This document shows, in pieces, positions 32,877 through 45,743 of a DNA stretch of 64,000 nt. The stretch covers positions 45,694,001 to 45,758,000 of the forward strand of contig NC_058386.1 in the NCBI RefSeq assembly GCF_018350175.1, read 5' to 3'. The notes below the pieces were generated by a model, which ran no database searches, had not been told where the DNA came from, and saw only the letters and a list, made by a program, of their open reading frames with translations. Made by a program: the position numbers and the translations under genes. Origin of the DNA: Felis catus (lineage: Eukaryota). Position 1 is the first letter of the stretch, and every line of letters starts with the position of its first letter.

Positions 32877-35800
32877 TTGCGCACTGTACCAGTTCGGACC
32901 ACCTCTTCCCCCGCCTTCCGAGTTTGAAAGAACTCAGAGCTGCCTTCTTTAAAAAAAAAAAAAAAAAAAACAAACAAACAAACAACAACAACAACAACAA
33001 AAACCAAACACAGGACCTTCCTTTTACGCATGCGCGCTTTTGGCTGCCCTGGCTGGAAATAGGTTTTTTCTACGTGTTAGGGACCCAATAAAACATGCAG
33101 CCCTGGGATAAAATCTTTCTACCTTTCAACCTGCTTTTCTTAAACTGCTGCCGAGGTTCTTCACCAACTTGGATGTCTGCGTCTCTAAGTCGTCTGCTTT
33201 TTGGCTTTTCTCCACACGTAGTGATTACCAGGCGCGGAGGGGAAGCGGTACTGGGGGGTTCTTAATGAAAGAGTACAAAGATACAGGTCGGATGATGGAA
33301 ATTTTGGAAATGGATGATACTGGCGATAGTTGCACAACAGTGTGAACTTCCTGATGGAACCAACCGACGCTCATTTAAACATGCTTAACATGGTACGTTT
33401 TATGTGATCGGTTTTAGTACCACAAAAGGGAGAGAACACAGGTGACATAGGATAGAGTTTGTCCTAAATAAGTAGTTACACAAATAGGTGGAAATGAAAT
33501 GCGGATTTCAAATAAGCCGTGAAAGAACCGGTAGATAACTACTGAAAAGGTACATTGCCCCTCTTGCCTTGCTTGATCTGGGTTGGCCTGCATTCCCTCC
33601 CCATTGTCTCATCGGGTCTCCCCCTTGGTACCTATTGCCTCAGTCAGTGTGCTGCTCTGGGCTGGAAGCAGTGCTCCTCTGTATCCGCGTGTGCGTGTGT
33701 AACAAGCACATTTATTGACAGTCAGGACCCTTTCTCTATGGGTGGCCTCCCACAATACATCCTGTGGTTTAGTTTCTACTCCCTTTTGTGGCTTGGGCTT
33801 TTTTCCTCTTGAGTCAGATGGATGAAGCTTCAGTTACCCTGGTAACCATTTTTCTCTTTTTAAATCATCTCAACGTCTCATCACAAAAAGACAAGGAGAG
33901 GGAGACAAGTGCTTTCCCATCTATCCTGGACCTTCAGGCAAGCTGACGCCTGAGACTGAGTGACCCAGTGAGGAGCTGCAGAAGAATGTTGCCATGACAA
34001 CAGAATGGCTCACCCCCTTCCGGCACACAGCCCCTTCTCCCTCCCTCTCACTGCCTGATAGATCTCACTTCAGAATGGGAACGTGCTTTGGCTAGGACTG
34101 AAGGGATAGGTGTATCGTAGAGGATGGAAGGAGAGAGGTATAATCCTGAGATGCCTTCAGAAGGAACTGGGGGAGGAACCACAGCCTCCCCAAAAAAAGC
34201 ATCCTGCACAACAGTGAGGTCCCAGAAGGCTACGGAAGCAATGAAAGCAGAGTAGCTCTAATGTGTTTGTGATTTTCTCCAGCCCTAAAGGATGCTACAG
34301 CATTGTATGCATGGCTCAGGCCCTGGAAAAGGGGGCCTGTGTTGTTAAAGGAGAATGGAGCCTGGCATCACTCGTGGAGGGCATGACAGACTTGAGAAGG
34401 ACCTGCTCACCTCAGTGACAGCTCTTATGAGTTACTCCGCTGTGTCTGTCTGGTCTGCTCTTCCTTCTGTGCTCTGCTTTGGGGGTCCATTTCTGGGACA
34501 TGAAACGTTGTCCTAGTTAAAGGAGAGGACAAGGCAAGGATGCCCCATCCTCCTCTAACATGGACTGATTGGAGGGTGGACAGAGCAGGGGCCTGTGGGG
34601 ATGGTGAGCTGGGATCACAGATTCACCAGTGCTCCTCAGACCACAAGGGCACGGTGGGTAATTGATTCTCTCTGGCTGATGTGATCTTCATGATTATTCA
34701 CTCTCAGGACTACACAGAAAAGGAGCCAAAACCCCCACTGAATTCATTGATGGTCTGCTAAGCATCTTTGATATCAATCACGTGACTGGTCTAGCTGAGG
34801 AAGTGCTCAGTCGCTCAGATTTCCACCACACCTTCCTTCTTGCCTCCAAGTGGGGAAGGTGTATGTGTGGCTTACAAGTCTCCCCGGGTGGTGCTGGAAT
34901 GGGGTGTATGAAATCCTTATGTTGCTCACAGTGTCCTGGGTGGTTTCTGAGGGAAGGAGGACTCTTGTGTCCCTGGTCCACCTGGTGAAGTGACCTGCAC
35001 CACCTTGCATGTGGCTGGTGTAACCTGCTTTTTCCTCTCTCCTCTTGGCCAGTACCTGCTGCTTCCTGGCTGACCCAGCCTCAGCTCACCTGTGTTGGCA
35101 TGTGGAGACCTCTTGGATTCTTGGTCTCAACGTCCATCACTTCTGTGGGAAGGGCTGTTGCTCCACAGCCTCAGCTGCAGGGTCACCTAGTCTGCTGCAT
35201 GCTTAGTCCTCCTTCATTAACCCCTGATGGGGAGTCACTCACTTTCCACATTTCCTTACCTGGGGATGCAGCCTCTGGAGGGTCACAGCACAGCAGGAGC
35301 CACGATCAGCTCCAGAAAGCTAAGTTCCTAAACTTCAGCCATCCCTCTGCCCAAAGAGACTGCTGGGTCAGCCTGCAAAGTGAACTCCTCTGAGTCCCAA
35401 ACGCAAATCGGTGCAAAATCCTTTCCTCCACTTGTCTGATACATCTCACTTGTCCCCTCCCATTCAGGGGAGTCTGACCTGAGAGCCTTACCTCCATCGG
35501 CCACCTCTTTGTGTCATGTACTCCTCCAATACTGGGAGACAACATTCATCTTTGCTTGACCTTCATGCTGACAAGACTCCTATAGAGTATATCCAGATCC
35601 CAAAGGGAAAGCTTTAGGATTTGCTTTTATTATTATTAATTATTATTATTATTAAGCAAAAAGGGATTGGCTAGTTGAGAAAGAAACATAAAAGAGAGAG
35701 GATTACCAGTCAGTCATGCACCCTTGTGCCATTGTCAGTACGGACGATCTATAAAAGTAAACTCAGAGTTCAAAGACAGACACCATGTTTTAAAAGGGTC

Positions 35801-38800
35801 CTAGGAGATGCTTGTCAGCAATTGTAACATCAGTACCCAGAGAGCTTCAATCCTAAATCCTCTGCTCCCACCAGCACCTGGATACTCGGCAGCAGAGATG
35901 AACTTACCCAAAGCTTGTGATGTTTTCCAAGGGTTCTGGGGCAAATCTGGGTGTGTCTTCCTAGGTGACTAGTCCAGGAGTATTTGGAGGTTTGGCAACC
36001 TTTTTTCCAGTCTCCTGTTTACCACATAATGAATTAAAACAGCAGCACGGAGACTGGCTCCATAGTTTAATCGTTCAAAGTAACTACTTTTCTCATTACC
36101 GGGGGAAGCACAGTCTACATGACTGGAAAACAGAATTAAAGAACAACTGCCCTAAAGGTAAAATCCCCAAAATGAAAGTGTTTGCTTGAGAACTTCCCAT
36201 TCTGGGCACAATGCCTTTAGTGGCCTTCCTGCTGGAGTTACAGTACAGGTTCCTGGCTCGGTCCTAACCAGGACAGTTTCTCCCTAGCTACTTCCATGGG
36301 TGTGGGTCCCATACAGACAATACACGTGGGAACACTCTGGCCTCCAGCAGCTCTTCTCAGGCTCCTGATTCTCCCACAGGCAGTCACTCACAATGCGAAG
36401 CAATGATTTATCAAACATCCTGAGAACTCCTGGTGCCAGCTTTGTTCTGAAAATAGTTTCATTCACCTTACGGGCACATGCCCTGACTGTCCTAAGTGCA
36501 GATGGAGAAACCAAGTCACAGGGACACTAAGGAACGCGCCTGCTGCTATGCAGCCTGCGAGTTCACTAGATGAAGTCTTGAGAGCACTGCTGCCCACCCT
36601 AGGTGTCCTTATGATGGGCCAACCTCTTCTCTTTCTTTCTCTCATTCATCATGGGTATCTCATTTTAAGCAGCAAGTGAAGTAATTTAACGACTGAGAAG
36701 AAAGTTTTTTTGTGTGTCATTAGTACAAACACCTCAAAACCTGCAGGAGTTACCATGGGGCACACGTGTTCCTGTGGGTTTAAAGGGAGATCATCCAGGA
36801 ACCCTCCCCCGCCCCAGTGATACCCTTTCAGTAACCCACAACAAAGCAACAACAGGTGTCAGGTGACCTTTTATTCGGCATTCCATAACATTAATGAGAG
36901 CCTCTCTTAATAGGTGTGTGGTGCTCTTGTACAAGCTGGTCACGTAGCACTTATCTGGGGAGTGAGAGAATACAAACCAACCAACCAACCAACCAACCAA
37001 GGAATAAGCAAATTAGTGGGCTGTTAGGAAGAAAATAACCCAGGTCCTAGGCCAGGAACAACCTACTTTACACAAGGTGGTCACGGAGAGCCTCTCTGAG
37101 GAGGCAATAATGGAGCAGAAACCAGAAGGTTAGAAGGAACCCACCATGTAAGGATCCAGGGAGAGACTCTTCCAGGCAGCGACGACTGTGATCACCAGTG
37201 TTCTAAGGAGGGAAGAAGCATGTGCAAGGAACAGGAGTAGGCCAGAGTTACTGCCGTGAAGACAAGAGATGAGCAGATTGTTCGGATACGAAAACAGTAG
37301 CAGTAGATGAGCACAGAACGGGATGGATGGATACAGGATGTTTTCAGAAGATCGAATCCAGAGGACGTGGTGCTGGGTTGCAGTGGAGACCAAAGGAACA
37401 CGTCACGTGAAGAGGCGTGCTTGGGACATGTTAAGTGTCTGCTCCCTTCTGGTCATCCAGCAAAGACACAGACAAATGTGGGTCTCAGGGGACAGGTTGA
37501 TGCATGAGGTACGAACGTGGGAGGTCCCGTTGTGTCCATGCTCTGTGCTGGCACCAAGGATGAAACAACCCACAGAGAGAGTGTAGATGGGAAGGGCCCT
37601 GTTAAAAGCCCTGTGGAATAGGGAGTGAGCAATAAACACTGACAAGGAGCACAGTGGCCACTGGGGTTGCGAGAACATCACCCAAAGAGTAAAGTTTCAA
37701 ATAGGCCAAAATACAAATTAGAAGAAAGGGAGGGAGGGACATTTTCAAGAACCAGGCAATTGTTAAGTGTACCAGAGCTATCTGAGAGGTACAGTAGGTT
37801 GAGGAGAGGACATCATCAAAGGGATTCACTGGTGCCCTTGACAGCTGTTTTCATTTGGGGGGCAGGCTGATAGAAGCTGGACTGGAGAAGTTAGCAAAAA
37901 AAAAAAAAAAAATGGTTACAGAACAAGGGAAGACTTGCTGTTTACAGCAAGCGAAATGTGGCAGTGTCTCAGAAAGATATGGGATAAGGGATGGCTTTAC
38001 GTTTTACTGCCTCTTGTATCATAGATAACAGAATGATGGAGAAATAAATGGATAGGTGATAATTGGAATCATTGCAAAGTCCTACTCCTCCTCCAGAAGA
38101 TGGGCATGGGATCCAGGTGAAGGGCCTGGCCTCAGGTAGGATAAGGTCCTTTATCCCACAGGGATAGCAGAGATACAGGTGCAGATCAGGTGTTGCTGTG
38201 AAGTGGTGAGAGTTCCTGTCTGATAACTGCTCTTTTTTCTTTTCTTCTTCTTCTTCTTCTTCTTCTTCTTTTTAATGTATTACCATTGAACTTCTTGAGA
38301 AGCGTGGGTCATGGAGCACTAGAAGGTTACTGCAGATAGAGAAAAGATACAGGTCAGGAGGTTGCAGGATTTCGTCTTCATTAGGGTGTACCAGGAGAGG
38401 AGAGAGGAAGGAGCAAAGACCTGTTTTGCGCGGGACAATTTATAGCCCCTTAAGCTGGCCTAATAGAATGTGACATGACCTAGTGGCCATGGAACCGGGG
38501 GTTCCCTAAAGGGCTTAATGCCTAGGCTGTAGGCGCAGTAGAGGGAGGGGGCTGGAGAACAGGCCTTTTGGGGGTGATGAGAGAGAGGAATGCTAGACAG
38601 CGACTCCAGGGAGGGGAGCGGGGTTCCTGATGTCCAGGGCCCAAGGCAGGTCCATGGGCAGCTGGATATTCGTGTTGGGGAGAACAACCCTGAGGACGGA
38701 GAGGACCGGGGGTGGCCGGTTCGTCTTCTAGGGCCTTGATAGGCCTGGAGGCAGCAGGGGAGGGAGGGCTGAGAGGAGGATAGCAACTGTGCCTTGGGAC

Positions 38801-39289
38801 CAACGTTCACAGGCTGGAGTGGGCAGAACAATGACCAGGGGATTCGGACACGCCTCGCCCAAAGGACGGTCTGAGAGTCCGGGGATCGGGGAATAGCAGC
38901 CGGATAACAGGGGTTTGGGGCCTTGGACGAGTATGGAAACCGTCTTCAGAGCTGGGCACACAGACTGGCAAGGACCTCACTCAGTCGCCGGAACCAGGCT
39001 CAGACCCTCACAATTGGAACGCATCCCGAAGCCCTGCCTTTTCCTCTACCGGGCGCCGGAACTTCCGGACGCGGGCCTTCCTGCTTCTGTTGGCTTAGTT
39101 CCGGGGCGGGACCGTAGAAGGCTATTGTGCCGAAGACCGTTCGGCCGGGCCACTTCGATTGTACCGCACCCTTCGCTCCCCCGCAGCAGCATTCCTCCTT
39201 GCCACCTCAGCTATGATCTGCAGGGCTCTTTACAGGCGAGCAGAGGAAACGATGGATTTTCCTTTGTGATGTGTGTCGTTCCGTTTCTC

Positions 39290-39308
39290 TGGCCAGTAGG
39301 TGGCAGTG
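39290..39308 (+). promoter_or_regulatory. CTCF core motif, unit 5
   Basis: tggccagtaggtggcagtg. Confidence 0.85.
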
Positions 39309-42300
39309 TTGCGCACTGTACCAGTTCGGACCACCTCTTCCCCCGCCTTCCGAGTTTGAAAGAACTCAGAGCTGCCTTCTTTAAAAAAAAAAAAAAAAAA
39401 AACAAACAAACAAACAACAACAACAACAACAAAAACCAAACACAGGACCTTCCTTTTACGCATGCGCGCTTTTGGCTGCCCTGGCTGGAAATAGGTTTTT
39501 TCTACGTGTTAGGGACCCAATAAAACATGCAGCCCTGGGATAAAATCTTTCTACCTTTCAACCTGCTTTTCTTAAACTGCTGCCGAGGTTCTTCACCAAC
39601 TTGGATGTCTGCGTCTCTAAGTCGTCTGCTTTTTGGCTTTTCTCCACACGTAGTGATTACCAGGCGCGGAGGGGAAGCGGTACTGGGGGGTTCTTAATGA
39701 AAGAGTACAAAGATACAGGTCGGATGATGGAAATTTTGGAAATGGATGATACTGGCGATAGTTGCACAACAGTGTGAACTTCCTGATGGAACCAACCGAC
39801 GCTCATTTAAACATGCTTAACATGGTACGTTTTATGTGATCGGTTTTAGTACCACAAAAGGGAGAGAACACAGGTGACATAGGATAGAGTTTGTCCTAAA
39901 TAAGTAGTTACACAAATAGGTGGAAATGAAATGCGGATTTCAAATAAGCCGTGAAAGAACCGGTAGATAACTACTGAAAAGGTACATTGCCCCTCTTGCC
40001 TTGCTTGATCTGGGTTGGCCTGCATTCCCTCCCCATTGTCTCATCGGGTCTCCCCCTTGGTACCTATTGCCTCAGTCAGTGTGCTGCTCTGGGCTGGAAG
40101 CAGTGCTCCTCTGTATCCGCGTGTGCGTGTGTAACAAGCACATTTATTGACAGTCAGGACCCTTTCTCTATGGGTGGCCTCCCACAATACATCCTGTGGT
40201 TTAGTTTCTACTCCCTTTTGTGGCTTGGGCTTTTTTCCTCTTGAGTCAGATGGATGAAGCTTCAGTTACCCTGGTAACCATTTTTCTCTTTTTAAATCAT
40301 CTCAACGTCTCATCACAAAAAGACAAGGAGAGGGAGACAAGTGCTTTCCCATCTATCCTGGACCTTCAGGCAAGCTGACGCCTGAGACTGAGTGACCCAG
40401 TGAGGAGCTGCAGAAGAATGTTGCCATGACAACAGAATGGCTCACCCCCTTCCGGCACACAGCCCCTTCTCCCTCCCTCTCACTGCCTGATAGATCTCAC
40501 TTCAGAATGGGAACGTGCTTTGGCTAGGACTGAAGGGATAGGTGTATCGTAGAGGATGGAAGGAGAGAGGTATAATCCTGAGATGCCTTCAGAAGGAACT
40601 GGGGGAGGAACCACAGCCTCCCCAAAAAAAGCATCCTGCACAACAGTGAGGTCCCAGAAGGCTACGGAAGCAATGAAAGCAGAGTAGCTCTAATGTGTTT
40701 GTGATTTTCTCCAGCCCTAAAGGATGCTACAGCATTGTATGCATGGCTCAGGCCCTGGAAAAGGGGGCCTGTGTTGTTAAAGGAGAATGGAGCCTGGCAT
40801 CACTCGTGGAGGGCATGACAGACTTGAGAAGGACCTGCTCACCTCAGTGACAGCTCTTATGAGTTACTCCGCTGTGTCTGTCTGGTCTGCTCTTCCTTCT
40901 GTGCTCTGCTTTGGGGGTCCATTTCTGGGACATGAAACGTTGTCCTAGTTAAAGGAGAGGACAAGGCAAGGATGCCCCATCCTCCTCTAACATGGACTGA
41001 TTGGAGGGTGGACAGAGCAGGGGCCTGTGGGGATGGTGAGCTGGGATCACAGATTCACCAGTGCTCCTCAGACCACAAGGGCACGGTGGGTAATTGATTC
41101 TCTCTGGCTGATGTGATCTTCATGATTATTCACTCTCAGGACTACACAGAAAAGGAGCCAAAACCCCCACTGAATTCATTGATGGTCTGCTAAGCATCTT
41201 TGATATCAATCACGTGACTGGTCTAGCTGAGGAAGTGCTCAGTCGCTCAGATTTCCACCACACCTTCCTTCTTGCCTCCAAGTGGGGAAGGTGTATGTGT
41301 GGCTTACAAGTCTCCCCGGGTGGTGCTGGAATGGGGTGTATGAAATCCTTATGTTGCTCACAGTGTCCTGGGTGGTTTCTGAGGGAAGGAGGACTCTTGT
41401 GTCCCTGGTCCACCTGGTGAAGTGACCTGCACCACCTTGCATGTGGCTGGTGTAACCTGCTTTTTCCTCTCTCCTCTTGGCCAGTACCTGCTGCTTCCTG
41501 GCTGACCCAGCCTCAGCTCACCTGTGTTGGCATGTGGAGACCTCTTGGATTCTTGGTCTCAACGTCCATCACTTCTGTGGGAAGGGCTGTTGCTCCACAG
41601 CCTCAGCTGCAGGGTCACCTAGTCTGCTGCATGCTTAGTCCTCCTTCATTAACCCCTGATGGGGAGTCACTCACTTTCCACATTTCCTTACCTGGGGATG
41701 CAGCCTCTGGAGGGTCACAGCACAGCAGGAGCCACGATCAGCTCCAGAAAGCTAAGTTCCTAAACTTCAGCCATCCCTCTGCCCAAAGAGACTGCTGGGT
41801 CAGCCTGCAAAGTGAACTCCTCTGAGTCCCAAACGCAAATCGGTGCAAAATCCTTTCCTCCACTTGTCTGATACATCTCACTTGTCCCCTCCCATTCAGG
41901 GGAGTCTGACCTGAGAGCCTTACCTCCATCGGCCACCTCTTTGTGTCATGTACTCCTCCAATACTGGGAGACAACATTCATCTTTGCTTGACCTTCATGC
42001 TGACAAGACTCCTATAGAGTATATCCAGATCCCAAAGGGAAAGCTTTAGGATTTGCTTTTATTATTATTAATTATTATTATTATTAAGCAAAAAGGGATT
42101 GGCTAGTTGAGAAAGAAACATAAAAGAGAGAGGATTACCAGTCAGTCATGCACCCTTGTGCCATTGTCAGTACGGACGATCTATAAAAGTAAACTCAGAG
42201 TTCAAAGACAGACACCATGTTTTAAAAGGGTCCTAGGAGATGCTTGTCAGCAATTGTAACATCAGTACCCAGAGAGCTTCAATCCTAAATCCTCTGCTCC

Positions 42301-45300
42301 CACCAGCACCTGGATACTCGGCAGCAGAGATGAACTTACCCAAAGCTTGTGATGTTTTCCAAGGGTTCTGGGGCAAATCTGGGTGTGTCTTCCTAGGTGA
42401 CTAGTCCAGGAGTATTTGGAGGTTTGGCAACCTTTTTTCCAGTCTCCTGTTTACCACATAATGAATTAAAACAGCAGCACGGAGACTGGCTCCATAGTTT
42501 AATCGTTCAAAGTAACTACTTTTCTCATTACCGGGGGAAGCACAGTCTACATGACTGGAAAACAGAATTAAAGAACAACTGCCCTAAAGGTAAAATCCCC
42601 AAAATGAAAGTGTTTGCTTGAGAACTTCCCATTCTGGGCACAATGCCTTTAGTGGCCTTCCTGCTGGAGTTACAGTACAGGTTCCTGGCTCGGTCCTAAC
42701 CAGGACAGTTTCTCCCTAGCTACTTCCATGGGTGTGGGTCCCATACAGACAATACACGTGGGAACACTCTGGCCTCCAGCAGCTCTTCTCAGGCTCCTGA
42801 TTCTCCCACAGGCAGTCACTCACAATGCGAAGCAATGATTTATCAAACATCCTGAGAACTCCTGGTGCCAGCTTTGTTCTGAAAATAGTTTCATTCACCT
42901 TACGGGCACATGCCCTGACTGTCCTAAGTGCAGATGGAGAAACCAAGTCACAGGGACACTAAGGAACGCGCCTGCTGCTATGCAGCCTGCGAGTTCACTA
43001 GATGAAGTCTTGAGAGCACTGCTGCCCACCCTAGGTGTCCTTATGATGGGCCAACCTCTTCTCTTTCTTTCTCTCATTCATCATGGGTATCTCATTTTAA
43101 GCAGCAAGTGAAGTAATTTAACGACTGAGAAGAAAGTTTTTTTGTGTGTCATTAGTACAAACACCTCAAAACCTGCAGGAGTTACCATGGGGCACACGTG
43201 TTCCTGTGGGTTTAAAGGGAGATCATCCAGGAACCCTCCCCCGCCCCAGTGATACCCTTTCAGTAACCCACAACAAAGCAACAACAGGTGTCAGGTGACC
43301 TTTTATTCGGCATTCCATAACATTAATGAGAGCCTCTCTTAATAGGTGTGTGGTGCTCTTGTACAAGCTGGTCACGTAGCACTTATCTGGGGAGTGAGAG
43401 AATACAAACCAACCAACCAACCAACCAACCAACCAAGGAATAAGCAAATTAGTGGGCTGTTAGGAAGAAAATAACCCAGGTCCTAGGCCAGGAACAACCT
43501 ACTTTACACAAGGTGGTCACGGAGAGCCTCTCTGAGGAGGCAATAATGGAGCAGAAACCAGAAGGTTAGAAGGAACCCACCATGTAAGGATCCAGGGAGA
43601 GACTCTTCCAGGCAGCGACGACTGTGATCACCAGTGTTCTAAGGAGGGAAGAAGCATGTGCAAGGAACAGGAGTAGGCCAGAGTTACTGCCGTGAAGACA
43701 AGAGATGAGCAGATTGTTCGGATACGAAAACAGTAGCAGTAGATGAGCACAGAACGGGATGGATGGATACAGGATGTTTTCAGAAGATCGAATCCAGAGG
43801 ACGTGGTGCTGGGTTGCAGTGGAGACCAAAGGAACACGTCACGTGAAGAGGCGTGCTTGGGACATGTTAAGTGTCTGCTCCCTTCTGGTCATCCAGCAAA
43901 GACACAGACAAATGTGGGTCTCAGGGGACAGGTTGATGCATGAGGTACGAACGTGGGAGGTCCCGTTGTGTCCATGCTCTGTGCTGGCACCAAGGATGAA
44001 ACAACCCACAGAGAGAGTGTAGATGGGAAGGGCCCTGTTAAAAGCCCTGTGGAATAGGGAGTGAGCAATAAACACTGACAAGGAGCACAGTGGCCACTGG
44101 GGTTGCGAGAACATCACCCAAAGAGTAAAGTTTCAAATAGGCCAAAATACAAATTAGAAGAAAGGGAGGGAGGGACATTTTCAAGAACCAGGCAATTGTT
44201 AAGTGTACCAGAGCTATCTGAGAGGTACAGTAGGTTGAGGAGAGGACATCATCAAAGGGATTCACTGGTGCCCTTGACAGCTGTTTTCATTTGGGGGGCA
44301 GGCTGATAGAAGCTGGACTGGAGAAGTTAGCAAAAAAAAAAAAAAAATGGTTACAGAACAAGGGAAGACTTGCTGTTTACAGCAAGCGAAATGTGGCAGT
44401 GTCTCAGAAAGATATGGGATAAGGGATGGCTTTACGTTTTACTGCCTCTTGTATCATAGATAACAGAATGATGGAGAAATAAATGGATAGGTGATAATTG
44501 GAATCATTGCAAAGTCCTACTCCTCCTCCAGAAGATGGGCATGGGATCCAGGTGAAGGGCCTGGCCTCAGGTAGGATAAGGTCCTTTATCCCACAGGGAT
44601 AGCAGAGATACAGGTGCAGATCAGGTGTTGCTGTGAAGTGGTGAGAGTTCCTGTCTGATAACTGCTCTTTTTTCTTTTCTTCTTCTTCTTCTTCTTCTTC
44701 TTCTTTTTAATGTATTACCATTGAACTTCTTGAGAAGCGTGGGTCATGGAGCACTAGAAGGTTACTGCAGATAGAGAAAAGATACAGGTCAGGAGGTTGC
44801 AGGATTTCGTCTTCATTAGGGTGTACCAGGAGAGGAGAGAGGAAGGAGCAAAGACCTGTTTTGCGCGGGACAATTTATAGCCCCTTAAGCTGGCCTAATA
44901 GAATGTGACATGACCTAGTGGCCATGGAACCGGGGGTTCCCTAAAGGGCTTAATGCCTAGGCTGTAGGCGCAGTAGAGGGAGGGGGCTGGAGAACAGGCC
45001 TTTTGGGGGTGATGAGAGAGAGGAATGCTAGACAGCGACTCGAGGGAGGGGAGCGGGGTTCCTGATGTCCAGGGCCCAAGGCAGGTCCATGGGCAGCTGG
45101 ATATTCGTGTTGGGGAGAACAACCCTGAGGACGGAGAGGACCGGGGGTGGCCGGTTCGTCTTCTAGGGCCTTGATAGGCCTGGAGGCAGCAGGGGAGGGA
45201 GGGCTGAGAGGAGGATAGCAACTGTGCCTTGGGACCAACGTTCACAGGCTGGAGTGGGCAGAACAATGACCAGGGGATTCGGACACGCCTCGCCCAAAGG

Positions 45301-45724
45301 ACGGTCTGAGAGTCCGGGGATCGGGGAATAGCAGCCGGATAACAGGGGTTTGGGGCCTTGGACGAGTATGGAAACCGTCTTCAGAGCTGGGCACACAGAC
45401 TGGCAAGGACCTCACTCAGTCGCCGGAACCAGGCTCAGACCCTCACAATTGGAACGCATCCCGAAGCCCTGCCTTTTCCTCTACCGGGCGCCGGAACTTC
45501 CGGACGCGGGCCTTCCTGCTTCTGTTGGCTTAGTTCCGGGGCGGGACCGTAGAAGGCTATTGTGCCGAAGACCGTTCGGCCGGGCCACTTCGATTGTACC
45601 GCACCCTTCGCTCCCCCGCAGCAGCATTCCTCCTTGCCACCTCAGCTATGATCTGCAGGGCTCTTTACAGGCGAGCAGAGGAAACGATGGATTTTCCTTT
45701 GTGATGTGTGTCGTTCCGTTTCTC

Positions 45725-45743
45725 TGGCCAGTAGGTGGCAGTG
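45725..45743 (+). promoter_or_regulatory. CTCF core motif, unit 6
   Basis: tggccagtaggtggcagtg. Confidence 0.85.
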